Positions 37,004-51,033 are shown, numbered from the stretch's first letter. The stretch is 64,000 nt of DNA from Eledone cirrhosa (GCA_964016885.1 OZ024742.1:57350001-57414000), one strand, 5' to 3'. Notes: generated by a model from the letters alone, not told the origin. Translations and numbers: made by a program.

Positions 37004-37997
37004 TTCTTGTTTATATACCTTCTCCGCTTAGAGGAGGATAATTTTCTTATTTGTTATTTCTTTCCACCTTCAAAGCAGAAATTCATTCTATCATCGCTTC
37101 GGCGGTGACATTAAGAGATTATTCCCGCAATAGTGATAGCAAATATACTTCTTTGATGAAAGGTAAACAGAACTCTCTTGTGTATAAAGGCGGAACAATT
37201 GACCAAATAATAGCAATAATTCCAACTTTAACAGCCACACCAACAGGAACACTTTGTTAAGAAAAAAAAGCATTAATCTTAATGTCAACACGAGAAAATG
37301 ACTACAAGTATAGTGAAAGTGTCGACATTCGTAATAAGGCGACATTCGTAAAACATGAGGAAATTACAGTAATAATGAAAATGACGACAGAAAATAAATA
37401 GATTTACACAAGGTGTATGTTCACGCATACGTTTGAGCCTTAATGTGATAGCTGGAAAATAACATAAAAAATATAAATCCATTTGTGAGCAGGAAACAAA
37501 AAATGCAAATCCGAAACTAATTACGTGCCGTAGTAGGAAAATAAAATACGATGACATTTAAATGCATCTCCCACAAGACGAAGCAGTTTGAATATTTATC
37601 TACAGATAGGTTTGAGAATCTAATTCAACAAAACATGTCGTATGTAAACTATAGAAGGTTCCCCTTTGAATGAACTAACTCACTAATAATTTAACTACTC
37701 GATAATAAGATTAGTGTAGGTGTTAAGCATCTGAAACTATGATTTCGGCGTTCATTAACCGTTTCTTTGTTTAATAGCTGTATCTATGTTGACACAGATC
37801 ACAGTGACGTTTCTGTTTAGCTAACAAAACGAAACTAGAGACATTCTACTCTATCCCTGTCCGTTAATTTAAGGAGTACGATATTTAAGTACGAATTGGA
37901 CAAAACGCTACGATTTAACATGTCTATGTTTAGGCCTTTGAGAATTATCTGTCGGAAAATCGAAATTGAAAAAGTGGGTTTTCTTCCTTTCTTCTTT

Positions 37998-38191
37998 TAC
38001 GAAGGTCGGCTGAAAAGTTAATTGACTGACCAAGATACTCTCATGGAATGACCAAATGAGGTTTACTTTTCAACAAAGTCTCTGGGAAGAAACAATGCAT
38101 AAGAAGAGTTGAAATTAATGCATGCAAGATTTCACAGCTCTAGCACCAATCCTTCATAGTCAGCCTATGGTCTTTTTAGCCGTCCCTCGTA
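37998..38191. mobile_element. Tc1/mariner-type MITE
   Basis: Imperfect ~33-bp TIRs (tacgaaggtcggctgaaaagt..ctgac / gtcag..ctttttagccgtccctcgta) with TA at both ends. Confidence 0.7.
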
Positions 38192-38229
38192 TGTGCTATT
38201 CTCACTCAATCTCAACAGTTATCTAAGAC

Positions 38230-39842
38230 AAACATCGGAGAAATTGTTCCAAATGAAGAGAAATGTTTAATGTGGTATGAGAGATACTTTTCTCTGAGCC
38301 TCAGCCATGTGCATTTAATCATAAAATTAAGAAAGCTGTATTTGATCAACGCCCAGCATCAAAGAATATCTTGGAAGTGGCTTGATTGATTGCTGGGAAA
38401 AAAAAGTCACAAACAATTGCAGAAATATTGGACTAAGTTCCGTCTAGAGAAATGGCAGAAGTACATATGGTCAAAAAGTTCTTTGACTACAAGTTTTGAA
38501 AGAGCAAATTTCTATATAAGAGAAGTTATTTCTCTAGTCAAAAGGAGCAAAGAATGTTCTGTACAACTTTTACAACTGTTCTAACAATTTACAACTGATG
38601 GCAAATGTTTCATAGATGTTTGGTAGATGCTTGTTATGAGAGATCTGAGGAAATTGAAGAAATATATTTTTTCCTATTCTTCACTTGAGATGAGATCTCG
38701 AGTGATTGCTGTCTTCAACAAGGTTTATTCATATTTCAAACCTCAAAGCATTGAATAAAGTTGCTATCTCGTATTGTAATGTCGACATCATGGACTTCTA
38801 TCCATATTAGGTTTTATCATTCGGTTTTTAGGGAGAGGGCTTTGGTAAAACAAAAACAGAACTTTAAATTTGAACTTACTCATTGAATTTACTCGATCGC
38901 CAGGAATTAGTTGTAAAGCATTTGGAATTGATCTGGAGGCAAACATGAATTATTTAATCAATGTTGTCAATTCTGTCAAAGAATGTCCGTTAAACATGAA
39001 GTTATTTAAAGGTTTGTATGGGGTTGAGTAAGCTTCCTTTTTCACACAGAAGTGAGATAGCTTCCACATGGAAATGGTCTCAATAGAGTTTGATCTTTAC
39101 CAACTAAATGTCAGACTTTCTTGATGCATCAAAAGCAATACTTTGCACATCAGTTCAGTCATTCTATTTAATTGACACATTTCAAGTGTTTAGGCTGATA
39201 TCTTCAGTATATATGGATGCTTTGAGCAAAGAATTGTAATGATAAGACATTAATGTCGTTTCAGCAAAAGAAAGGGTTTAAATATTTGCATCAAAACTTC
39301 TATACTGGAAGCAGAAATTTGATCAAAAGATGACAACCACCTTCCTAAAATGTTTTTAGAATGTTATAAATATATCAGTTTTGGTGACATTGAAATATCA
39401 GTGATAAACCATGTTATTAAATTCAAACCAAGGTTCTTTGATAAGTCTCCAGAATCGAAACAGTTTGCTTGGGAATCCCTTCCACCATAAATTGCTGATG
39501 TGCCTGTATAGCTTGAATCAGTGGCAGAAGCAGTTCCTGAACTTTAATCCGATACAAAACACAGAAATTTAGAACAAGGCAGATCTCTCGATATTTGGGA
39601 TGCTAAAAGGTGCAAAGGCTTTCAAACGCGTACAAGTGGAAGCGACAAAAATACTGCTTCATTTTGCAACATCCAATATTTGTGAAAGAGAATTTACTAC
39701 ATTTGCAAACTTGAAAACAAATTATCAAACTCAAGAAGAGACTGAAAACAGCATCCAAATTACTTTGACGTCAAAAATCCCTAATTTTGATATTGTTTTA
39801 CAAAAAGTGAAGTCTCATCATTCTGTCGAATTACTTTTTTAG
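38230..39842 (+). pseudogene. Fossil hAT (Buster/Charlie-like) transposase
   Basis: FHTEVR*L..G..L.RV near 39040 and the dimerisation-domain remnant ATKILLHFATSNICEREF..LKT in ORF 39600..39842. Many stops; 5' limit approximate. Confidence 0.72.
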
Positions 39843-40439
39843 TTCTTTAATCCTACTCTTTTTTAATTATTTTGTTTATGTGGTACTTTTAAGTCAGCAT
39901 AGTTCAAATATGTTTTATTTCCTCGTGTAAATGCATGGGAAAATTGATCCGTACTAATTCTTGTGAAATTGAAAATTGATCCAGTATAATTCTTGTCAAC
40001 GTTTTTCCTTTCTCCACACTAAACCATGTTATTTTTTAAATAAATGCAGAATATAAGTTGCCATGGCAATAAAACATTCTGATTTTGATGTTGTTATATT
40101 AAAAAAAGTGAAGCATCATTATTTTCACTAAACCTAAAATAGAGAGATTTTGAATGAAATTCTTCGATTCAATATTTTTTTATTCAGTTTGTCTATGTAC
40201 GATTCTTATATCAACATTTTAAACTTTTTAGGTCTTTATATTATAATTGATCGAATATATATTTATTTTAATGTATATTTTGATGTAACATATGAAAAAT
40301 TGCTAAGAACAATTGAAATGCTATTCTGTTCACTTTGAAATTTGAAAGACAAATTAATTTTACTTGAATAGATTTTAGGTTAGGATGAAAGTCGACCACG
40401 GCACAAGGCAAGAAAATTTGAAAGGAATAAGTGAAATTC

Positions 40440-40605
40440 GATTATATCGACCCTAGTACTTGACTGATACTTTATATTATCAACACCGGAAGAATGAAAG
40501 GTAAAGATTACCTAGGCAAGATTTGAAACTAGAAGGTAGAGAGCCGTAACGATATACGGCAATGTATTTCATCTGACGTTCTAACGATTCTGCCAATTCA
40601 CCACC
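40440..40605 (-). mobile_element. Old diverged SINE
   Basis: Reverse complement shows ggtgaattggcagaatcg, ttcaaatct and ctttcattcttccggtgttgataa. Confidence 0.65.
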
Positions 40606-40855
40606 CTAATATATATTATATATAATGTTACTCATCTATTTTGATGACAATATATTCAGTACATAAGTCTATATATCCATCTATAAAAATGACAATATGT
40701 ATAGTTTATACCGTTACATATCCTTTGAAAACGCGAGATTTTTGTTTATTTTTGCTGGCAGTTTTTTCTCAATCCTTATGCCTCGATGATTTCTCTATTT
40801 ACATATTTTTACCTTATTCGTGTGTATCAACCATTGTTGAATTATTTGTGCATTC

Positions 40856-40938
40856 AATGCCGACATACGAGATAAATCTATTCAACGTCGACATATAAAA
40901 TAAATCTATTCAATGCCGAAATATGAGATAAATCTATT
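40856..40938 (+). repeat. 28-bp minisatellite, 3 copies
   Basis: aatgccgacatacgagataaatctattc-like unit repeated three times. Confidence 0.75.
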
Positions 40939-41535
40939 TACAATATCAAGGTTTGTCCAGTTTTTTCAACAAAATGTGATCATCAGCTGATGTTGAAATT
41001 GTTTTGCCTTTATATATATATAATTCTCTTTCTCTATCTTTCTCCCGCTGTCTGTTTTACTTCATTTGATATATATATATATATATATCAAATGAAGCAA
41101 CGGAGTAAAGGACTCGCGTTAATCCCTGTAATTTAATAGGCTTCATGAAATTTTTATGAGCTCTTCAAAATAGAGAGGAGAGAATACACGAAAAGAATAT
41201 TTTCATTACAGGGGGTATATTACCACTAGAGTGGAAAACATAAAAAACTACGAAAGGTACGGGAAATACATTATAATCAAAAGGATTAATTTTATATCTA
41301 TATATATAAAACTGAGGATGTCTGTCCGTCTGTGTATGTGTGAGTTTGAATCCCTAAAACTCGAGAAGCACCCAACCGACTGTTTTCAAACTTTACACAT
41401 GTAATACTTATGTTTCAGGGAGTGTTCTGAGCAAAAAAAATTTCCAATGCCCTAGGGACCGCATTAGGCGATTTAGCGATCTCGCTCTATAATTCTTAGT
41501 CTTTCTCTTTTTAGATAGATACATACATATAACGT

Positions 41536-41729
41536 CGCGCCCTTATAATATCTGTCTGTATGTCTGGCTGTCTACATTACGTCACTTCCCACAATTCCCT
41601 CTGCGTCCAGAACGCGCCCTTATAATATCTGTCTGTATGTCTGGCTGTCTGCGTTACGTCACTTCCTACAATTCCATCTGCGTCCATAACGCGCCCTTAT
41701 AATATCTGTCTGTATGTCTGGATGTCTGC
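41536..41729 (+). repeat. 77-bp tandem repeat (2.5 copies) in the Helitron 5' region
   Basis: cgcgcccttataatatctgtctg starts at 41536, 41613 and 41690. Confidence 0.9.
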
Positions 41730-44652
41730 TGCCTCCGGTTATTCTGCCACCCTTACTCAAGACAAATCTCACACTCATTCCCCAAACAGTTGGTAAGTGC
41801 ACACAACTTCTTCCTCACGTTTTAAGCCACAGTGTTGCTTACTTACGTACCACCAGACCCTTACTTCTTTGCCAGCCGTGGTTATGGCAATAATAAGCTT
41901 AGCTAAGGCGGTTGTCACAATGTTAAGCTTACTGTCATCCCAATAACCTGGGGGTAGTTAAGCAAGTTGCCTTGCCTTTAGGCCACATACCAGTAGACAA
42001 ATCCATAGACACCTAATGCAATTCACTTACAAATTAACCCTTGCTCTAGGAGTGAGTCTCAGTTACCTTCCTCATAATTTTAGGTCATGCCTCGAACGAA
42101 GAGATACTCCATCGGACGAAAAACTGCGAAAGCTGCAATGTCAAGAGCAAGGCGGGCAAACGAATCATCAGAGGATTCTACTATCCGACAGTCACAAGCT
42201 GCTGAACGTGGTGCCGTAAGAAGAGCACTCGAAACAGACGACCAACGAAGTGCTCGCCGAACAACTATTGCCGTTTTGACTGCTACTGCAAGAGTTGCAG
42301 AAACTGAAGACCAGCGTCGAAGCTGCCATACCGTTAATGCGGCGTCAACATCTGCTGCAAGAGCTGCAGAGACTGAACACCAGCGTCGAAGCAACCATAC
42401 CGCTAACGTGGCATCAACATCTGCTACAAGAGCTGCAGAGACTGAACACCAGCGTCGAAACCGCCATACCGCTAACGCCGCGTCAACGTCTGCTGCAAGA
42501 ACTGCGGAACCAGACCAACAGCGTAAACGTCACCGAACCTCTGATGCCGCGTCAACTTTTGCTTCACGGGCTGCGGAGAACGAAGAACAGCGCATTGGAC
42601 GTCGGGCAACGGATGCTGCGAACACTGCTGCTGCTCGAGTTTCCAAAACAACACAAGACCGCAATAACCGTCTAGAGAGTAATGTCCAACGAAGAGCTCT
42701 TAGGCAAGGTGTTTCAAAGCTGTGCAGCTCACAATGGGCCTTCAAAGCTTTTGAGTACAGCCCCATCTTTCATTACGGCAGCCACCCAAACATGACACTT
42801 GGAAGTATGTCAAAAACGTGCTCATTTTGCAATGCCAAAAAGTGGTCGGGGGAACCACCTGGTATGTGCTACTCAAACGGGAAGGTCAAATTGCAGCCAC
42901 TGGAGGACCCACCACAGCCGCTGAAGGTCCTCCTTTCAGGCTCAACTGCCGATTCAAAGCACTTTCTCAGTAATATCCGGAAGTAAAATTGCGCCTTCCA
43001 GATGACATCTTTCGGGGCAAATGTTGTCAGAGAGGGTGGATTTATGCCCACATTTAAAGTGCAAGGGCAGGTATATTATAGAATCGGACCGCTCCAACCT
43101 ACTGCCAACGAAGATCCCCAGTTCCTCCAAATATACTTCGTCGGGAATGTCAACGAACAGGCTGCCATGCGGAACTCCATTTCACCTGGCACCAACCTTG
43201 ACATTATCAGAAACCTACAAGACATTTTGCACACATACAACAGCTATGTCATCAGCTTCAAGTATGCGTTGGAAGCAGCTCCTGCATCAAATTTCAATGT
43301 CGTAATTGATGCCTCGAAAAGACCTTCTGGCGAACATTCGGGCCGCTACAATTTACCTGCGTGCAACGAAATAGCTGTACTTCTTCACAGTTATCAGCAC
43401 AACCCTCGAGACATTGTTCTACGGTGACGAGACAACATCCTCCAACGTATAAGCGAAACGCACAGGTCTTATGACGCTCTTCAATATCCACTGCTGTTGT
43501 TTGTGAAAGGAGAGGACGGCTACCGATTTGGTATTCCTCAGGATAATCCCGAACATCCTGGGTGTTCAACCAATAAAACTGTTTCCTGCATGAGTTTCTA
43601 GTCTTACCGCTTCATGGTACGCCGCAACTCATTCAACCACTTGCACCAATCAAGAGACCTCTTTCAGCAATTCGCCGTCGACATGTGTGCGAAAATGGAA
43701 TCGGAAAGGTTGTGCTTCATCCGGTCACACCAGAGGCAATTGCGGTCTGAGAGCTACATCCACCTCCGAGATGCCCTCACCAATGATGCAGCGCCAGCCA
43801 GCGTAGGAAAACTCTGTACCCTTCCATCCACTTTCACCGGAAGTCCGCACTTTCACTTGCAATCCTAAGTGGAAGGAGATTGCTGCAGAACTGTTCCAAG
43901 GGCAACAGGCCAGACAGGCATGACCTCCTGGCCAGAGTCTTTCGGCTGAAGCTTATCAACCTGATGGAGCTCATCAAGAGAGGACAAGTTTTCGGACCAG
44001 TTATATGCGACATGTACACCGTCGAGTGGCAGAAGAGGGGCCTACCGCATGCCCATATCTTCATCTGGCTGTCCGCAAGAATATCTCCAAACGACATTGA
44101 CAAAGTCATCTCCGCTGAGCTTCCCGATCCGTCTGCGGACAAAGACCTCTACGAAATAGTGAAGGCAAACATGGTCCATGGTCCATGTGGGCGTGGTTTC
44201 AATTTAAGCTCACCTTGCTCCTGAACAACAATCTTTGCAGCAAAAGGTTTCCCCGAAAGTTCCTTAAAGAAACCCAGACTGGCGTGGACGGATACCCATT
44301 GTACAGACGACGGCAACCCAGAGACGGTGGTTTCACAGCGACAGTTGGACAGCACGAGGTCGACAACCGATGGATAGTGCCCTACTGTCCACTTCTTTCG
44401 AAGACCTTCGGTGCCCACATCAACGTGGAATTCTGTAACTCCGTCAACTCCATCAAGTACATCTGCAACTACGTGAATACGGGTTCAGACGCTGCTATGT
44501 TCGGTCTACAGCAGGACAACAGCCGTGATGAGGTCTCGCAATACCAAGTTGGCCGTTACATCAGTAGCAACGAGGCTTTCTGGCGGATTTTTGGCTTCCC
44601 AATACATCAAAGGCACCCTGCTATTGTACAGCTCGCGGTTCACCTTCATAAT

Positions 44653-44835
44653 TGTTTCTACTTTAGGCACAAGGCCAGCAATTACCCAGTGCATTACTGG
44701 TACTTTATTTTATCGACCCCGTAAGGATGAAAGGCAAAGTCAACCTCGGCGGGATTTGAACTCAGATCGTAAAGGGACGTAACTATGCTGGAAAGCATGG
44801 CGTCCGACCCTCTACCGATACTGCCATTCCACCAT
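44653..44835 (-). mobile_element. SINE inserted in the Helitron ORF with a 17-bp TSD
   Basis: cggttcaccttcataat at 44636-44652 and 44836-44852; removing the SINE restores LAVHLHNGQRVYFT. Confidence 0.95.
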
Positions 44836-46685
44836 CGGTTCACCTTCATAATGGTCAAAGGGTCTACTTCACCGACGCTAATGCTGCCCAAATGGTGGAG
44901 GACTCACGAGAAACAACCCTCACTGGATTTTGAAACTGTGTCGGACCGACTCTTTTGCACAGACTCTGCTTTACGCCCAGGTGCCGTCCTACTACACATG
45001 GAATAAGCAACAATGGGTGCACAGAAAGGCAAGTCAACCTGTTGAAGGACATCCCGGCATAAAGTTTGACAGTTTCCTTGGGAGGGTTTACACTGTGCAC
45101 CCGAACCAGCACGACTGCTTCTACCTTCGCCTTCTGCTGCAAAACATTTTTAACAAGGCTTCTCCTAGCAAACGTCAGAATGCACAATGACATTGCGGTT
45201 GCTGTGGCCTCTTCAGGGATTGCTGCAACTTTGCTGCCCATTGGCAAGACTGCAAACTCCACTTTTAAATTGCCCCTCAATTTAATGAAGTCAAAAACAT
45301 CCACTTGCAGCATCAGCAGGAATTCCGACCAGGGCCAAGTCCTGAACGGTGTCAACTCATTGTCTGGGATGAATGCACCATGGCGCACAAAGGAGCTCTT
45401 GACGCATTGAACACAACCCTCCAGGATATCAGAGGCTTCCAGGATCCGATGGGAGGTGTTACGCTTCTGCTTTCGAGCGACTTCAAGCAGATCCTCCCTG
45501 TAATTCCCAAAGGTACACGAGCTGACGAGGTCCAAGTATTTCTGAAGTCATCTCCCCTATGGCGCCATGTCAGGAAACTGACTCTTACAACCAACATGAG
45601 GCAGAGAACGCAGTCAAAGTCATTAAGGGCTACAAGTGAACGCGCACACGCCTCGGGGCTCATTTTATTGCACCATTCCTCTTTAAATTTGTTAAATTAT
45701 ACCCACAGTTTGGTAAACGTTTGTCCAGTTGCGTTTATTTACTAAGGTGCGGTGCACTCCTTCGAGAAGGCTCCACATGCTGTCCGATTGCACGTCATGC
45801 CTTGCTCAAGCATTGCAGACGTCCCTCTGACATAAGTAGTGACATCTGTCCTGCTGACTCATGCCACTTTATTAAAGTACAAAAGCACCAAGCCGATTTT
45901 CTCTACGTGGAAGGAGAAGCATACCTAATACTAATTGCATCAGAGTATTCGGTATATTTTCTTTACATATTGTCCAGGCATGCAGTTTTCCCACGATTAG
46001 GTCTGTTGGTGGCCCGCGTTATCTTTCAGGGAGTGTTATGCACATTAAAAAATTCAACTTTTTTATCCTCTAGGGCCCGCGTTTTTTCAGCTTTTTAGGG
46101 GTATTTTGAGGCGTTACGTCCGACCGATTTCCTTGAAATTGTAACTATGTATTAATTAGTCTCTTCTTCATACCGTGAGCAAAGAAAATCCAACTTTTTT
46201 ATGGCATTAGGTGAAAAACTTCATTTTTTCAGCTTTTGGGGGCTTTTTTAGGCGTTATGTCTAGCCGATTTTCCAGAAATTTCAAGGCATATTATGTACA
46301 TAAAAAAATTTATTTTCTTGATGCCCTAGGTGAAAACCTATCCAGCCATCAGAGTATTCGGTTTATTTTCTTTACATATTGTCGAGGCATGCAGTTTTTC
46401 CACGATTAGGACTGTTGGCGGCCCGCGTTCCAAAATACCTTATCCCGTGCAACGCCGGGTACCACTGCTAGTATGTATATATATATATTTTCTCCTCTTG
46501 CCAACACAAAATCCTGAGTTCCTTCTTCTATTTTAAACCTAGCACATAGACGTAACATATATTACGCAACCCCCACCTAGACATACCCCTCCTTGACTAT
46601 AGCGCCCCGCCCCCCTCCCCCCAACCCGTAACCCAGATAGATAGATAGCCTAAGGGTGGAACAGTCCCCTACAAGGTTGGTGTTT

Positions 46686-46739
46686 TTGTGTGTGTGTGTG
46701 TGTCTGTGTATGTGTGTGTGTGTGTGTGTATTCTCCTTT

Positions 46740-46770
<31 letters not shown>

Positions 46771-47002
46771 AACATATGTATATGTGTGTGCGTACGTGTG
46801 TGCACGCATGCATGCATATGTGCGTGCATTGTATACATGTATATTGTATATATATATATATATATGTATATTGTATGCATGTGTATTATATTGTGTGTAT
46901 GTGTATATGTGATATGTATGTGTATATATGTATGTATGTGTATGTGTGTGTATGTGCATGTGTGTGTGTATGATGTGTGTATATATGTGTATATGTATGT
47001 AT
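46686..47002. repeat. (TG)/(CA)/(TA) compound low-complexity repeat
   Basis: Read directly from the sequence. Confidence 0.9.
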
Positions 47003-47009
47003 ATTTTTT

Positions 47010-48768
47010 CTGTAGAAGTCTTCTCTATATGTGGTGTTTGGCATGAATTCCTCCTATAATACTCTTCTTTGAGAGGAGCACGATATGTAGAGTAACACAT
47101 ATGTATTGTCGAAGTTGAAACTGAGAACCACCACCCCTCCTGCTGACCCAAATGTTTACTGAGGACCAGAACACCATTCTCCACAATATAAGAGAGGAAT
47201 GCGCTTGCCCGACTATTGATGACCATAACATCACATTCCAAGGTAATGGCAAAACGCAGGGAATACCAAACACGACCAGAACACCACAACATGTACAGCG
47301 GAGAAACAGAGATATAATATCAATAAGCGAATCAATTGAATTTTTTAAGTTGAAATACATATAAATATGTGTCTGTGTGTATCGGACACACGTACACATA
47401 AAGAAACTGCTGACCTAAATGTACCTGTAATGCCTGTCTGAATTCCTAAGAGAATTTTCGGTCAGTTACTATCTTGACCGATTACCATCACAATTACTAC
47501 GTAGCGGTTCTTGCACGTGACTGATGGACCCGGATGAAACGAAGACGAAGAATTTCCTTGCGTACCGTTTTGTACCACAGATGTGATCTCACTCTGCCTC
47601 GTTAATGTTCAATCGACACCAAAGTTCTACGTTCGGGGCAATAGAATTGAATCCAACCACCGACAACATAGTTGGATGACCGATAATCACACCAAACCGG
47701 AGTACTGTGATCCTTGTGATTTCGAGATATACAACCACTGACACTGTTACGAAGACCAGAAAACCATACTCCATAATATTGAACCAAGTGATTGATTTGT
47801 GCGACCAAAATAACACCACACACATATTGAACTAGGAATATTGGATCTTCCGTCAATGTCTGGGTGAGCAAAAATAGATTTCTATCTGCATTGGAATTTA
47901 CGAACTTGTGCATCTGCTGTGGTGTCAAAAACAAACGCACATGACCGCACAGATAAACAATGGACTATGCCACGTGGCTTGAACCTGTAAGTGAATTGAA
48001 GGTTCTGTAACTCTGATATACAGATTATTTATTATTAAGATGTATAAACTTGACAAAACTATTATCATCTTATATTCTCTCAACTAATCACATTTGATCA
48101 TATTTCTCTATCCCGTTTTCTCCCCCCATAATTATAATATTTTATTTGAAAAAATCGTTTTTGTTACATTGTGTTTTCCCCTTCAAATACTTGCTTATAT
48201 TTCTTTATATATTCTCTATATATTTTTTTAATATATATATTTTTTATCTTTATTCTTATTTTCACTTTTATCCTCCTTTATATTTTACCTTATTCTTACT
48301 TTTATACCTTATTATAGTGTAATCTTCCCCATGCCTTATTATACATTATTAATTATAGATTATTATTATTACTCTTTTTCCATTTCTAATTACCTCATGT
48401 ACTTTCTCCTCCGTTATATATATATTGTATGCCCTTTGTGTGTGTGTAGCCTCTGCACACCCTCTGCACCCTACTATCGACCCCACCCCATCTATGGTTC
48501 AGCTAACCACTCGACTCCCAGGAATGAATATGACCGCAGCTAGTAAACAAGGACCCACACCCCACCCTCCCGCACCAAAATTAGACTTATCGTCCCCTAC
48601 TTTTGCTCTTTACTCTCTTTACTCTTTGTTCTTGAATGTTTGGTTGGTAGAGTCCATAACACCAATCAAACCCCTTTTATAGCTCTGACGAATCCTACGG
48701 TTACGTAAGGAAGAAACATTGTAAGCCAATAAAAATCTTTTGATGTTGTAGACGCTCTTGTGTTCTTT

Positions 48769-48770
<2 letters not shown>
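47010..48770 (+). mobile_element. Fossil Penelope-like element 3' part (degenerate GIY-YIG, 3' UTR/pLTR with HHR)
   Basis: Remnants KCTCNAC, FCTTDVISLC..KFYV.G, EYWIF and terminal PRGLNL* at ~47990; HHR and AATAAA downstream. Confidence 0.55.
48682..48726 (+). ncRNA. Minimal type I hammerhead
   Basis: gct-CTGACGA-a tcctacg gtta cgta agga a-GAAA-cattg-TA-agc, then caataaa. Confidence 0.65.
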
Positions 48771-48799
<29 letters not shown>

Positions 48800-48810
<11 letters not shown>

Positions 48811-49350
48811 TGTAGTTCCTGTCTGTTTGTTTGTTTGTTCACGAACTCCTCCTATGGTTTTGGAGACAGACCCCGATAACCATATATATTCTGAAACTAC
48901 ATAGCCCAGGTTACTTGGATAAGTATATTTCATTTTAATCAAAGGGTTCCCGAGGGCACAAACCCCCGCTGAAAATTTTTTCCCTTCGATTTATATGAAA
49001 TTTAAACCCCTATAGTGAACATTTTGGAAGCCCATAACTTGAGTATTGGAACTTTGAATTTCTAATTTGAAAATAATGCTTTACACAAAAATGAAATGAT
49101 CAAGTTTTGAATTGATATTTTGAAAAAAATTATTTATAAGAAACAAAATAAGAATAAGATTTAATAATGTAATTTTGATTTGATATATTACAAAAAATGT
49201 TTTCCAATTTTTCATGCATTACATTTTACATTGAGTAATATTGAAATAGAGAGTTTTTCTGCATAAATTATATCACTGATTTAAAATCAATCATCATTTT
49301 CTTACAAATAAAAATGTGGCAAACGCAGCAAGGCGCGGGTAATTCGGCTA

Positions 49351-49351
<1 letters not shown>
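48800..49351 (+). mobile_element. Non-autonomous Helitron
   Basis: Starts tatatataaag..tgtctgtttg; ends in a degenerate hairpin cgcagcaaggcgcggg followed by CTAG|T. Confidence 0.65.
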
Positions 49352-49405
<54 letters not shown>

Positions 49406-50025
49406 TATACCAAAATGATATCAAGGATGTCATGTCTGAGATTATAAAATATAACTAGTTGTGGTTACACTCTTTACAAATTATCCCCTGTAATTGTTTG
49501 ATATGTTTATTTTATATATATATCATCCTACTTTTGATTTAATATATACAGATATATCAAATTTGATATAGAAATGGCTTTTAAACTCTACTAATGTATA
49601 GAGTACTTTACTAACTGGGGTTACCCTCGATTAAACCCGAGACTCACTTATATATACAGATATGTGCATGTGTGTGTGCGCGCGTATGTGTGAGTGTGTG
49701 CGCGCGCGTATGTATGTGTGTGTGTGTGCGCGCGCGTATGTATGTGTGTGTGCGCGCGCGCTTAGGTATGTGCGGGCGTGCGTGTGTGTGTGATGTGTTG
49801 AAAATGCACTTGGTGTCTTTAAAGAAATACATTTATATTAACTTAAGTGATTTCACAATTCTCAAACATAGTGTGAGATGAAGGGACGTGTCGAGACAGT
49901 TACAGCATAATACCATTCCCCTCCCATCTAACACTACACTTGAAAATCACGATAGTGAAACAAGTTACGTTAATATAAAAAAATATCTCTTTCAAGACTT
50001 CAAGTTTCAACTTTATTCTTATATA

Positions 50026-50211
50026 ATTGTTTCTACTTTAGGCACAAGGCCAGCAATTATCCAGTGCATTACTGGTACTTTATTTTATCGACCCCGTAAG
50101 GATGAAAGGCAAAGTCAACCTCGGCGGGATTTGAACTCAGATTGTAAAGGGACGTAACTATGCTGTAAAGCATGGCGTCCGACCCTCTACCGATACTGCC
50201 AATCCACCGCC
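50026..50211 (-). mobile_element. tRNA-derived SINE
   Basis: Reverse complement of the 7123-7305 family. Confidence 0.9.
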
Positions 50212-50597
50212 CTTTATTCTTATATAATATATATATATATGTAGGGGGCGGGTTGCTATACTGCATATTATTTTCCAGCATTGTTATGATGTATCATTCT
50301 AGCACATAATTCTGTTAGAGTTTCCCATATACATAACTTTAGAATAAACATCAACGTGTCTGAGGGGATGGGCCTGCATAGAAAAACCAGATAATAAGGG
50401 CGACCTAACAAGTTTCCTATTCGGTTTTCTTTAGTTAGGCAAACATTTGTGTTGGGATCAGTATATCTTTAGTTTGTATGATACTGGTCATTCAGGTTTA
50501 TTTGTTTTTCGTGTTTTTCTTTTGTTATCTATTGTTTTTCTTTTGTTATACATACCTATATATATATATGTCAATATTTATTTATAAAACAAATCTG

Positions 50598-50663
50598 TAT
50601 TTTATCTGATGAAAGCGCACCATAATTTATCTTGGTCGCCCTTGAAATATATATAATAAAATA
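50598..50663 (+). ncRNA. Type I hammerhead in a ~460-bp non-coding unit (about 50241-50700) flanked by (TA)n
   Basis: tattttat-CTGATGA-aag..acca..tggt..ctt-GAAA-tatata-TA-ataaaata; 8-bp stem I. Confidence 0.75.
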
Positions 50664-50704
50664 ATTATGGTTTTATAAATATAGTTTCCATTTATTAATA
50701 TAAT

Positions 50705-50705
50705 G

Positions 50706-50772
<67 letters not shown>

Positions 50773-50797
50773 TTATATAGTATATATATACATATAC

Positions 50798-50875
<78 letters not shown>

Positions 50876-50913
50876 GTGTATATATATATTCGTATATATA
50901 TATATATATATAC

Positions 50914-50977
<64 letters not shown>

Positions 50978-50999
50978 GTATATATATATATATATATAC

Positions 51000-51033
<34 letters not shown>

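Larger units (their letters stand above)
41297..46471 (+). mobile_element. Helitron with intact termini and a decayed, internally deleted RepHel ORF (42087 to ~45600)
   Basis: A|TCTATATATATAAAA 5' end; 3' hairpin cccgtgcaacgccggg followed by CTAG|T. Rep motifs VEWQKRGLPHAH and KYICNYVN; Pif1 motifs VASSGIAATLL, LIVWDE and DFKQILPV. Confidence 0.93.

Noticed and set aside
40856-41729. CRISPR-like arrays (28-bp and 77-bp repeats)
   Set aside because: Head-to-tail tandem repeats without unique spacers, no cas genes, eukaryotic context.
47521-47550. ctgatgg...gaaac hammerhead-like string
   Set aside because: The core is wrong at A9 and there are no supporting stems.
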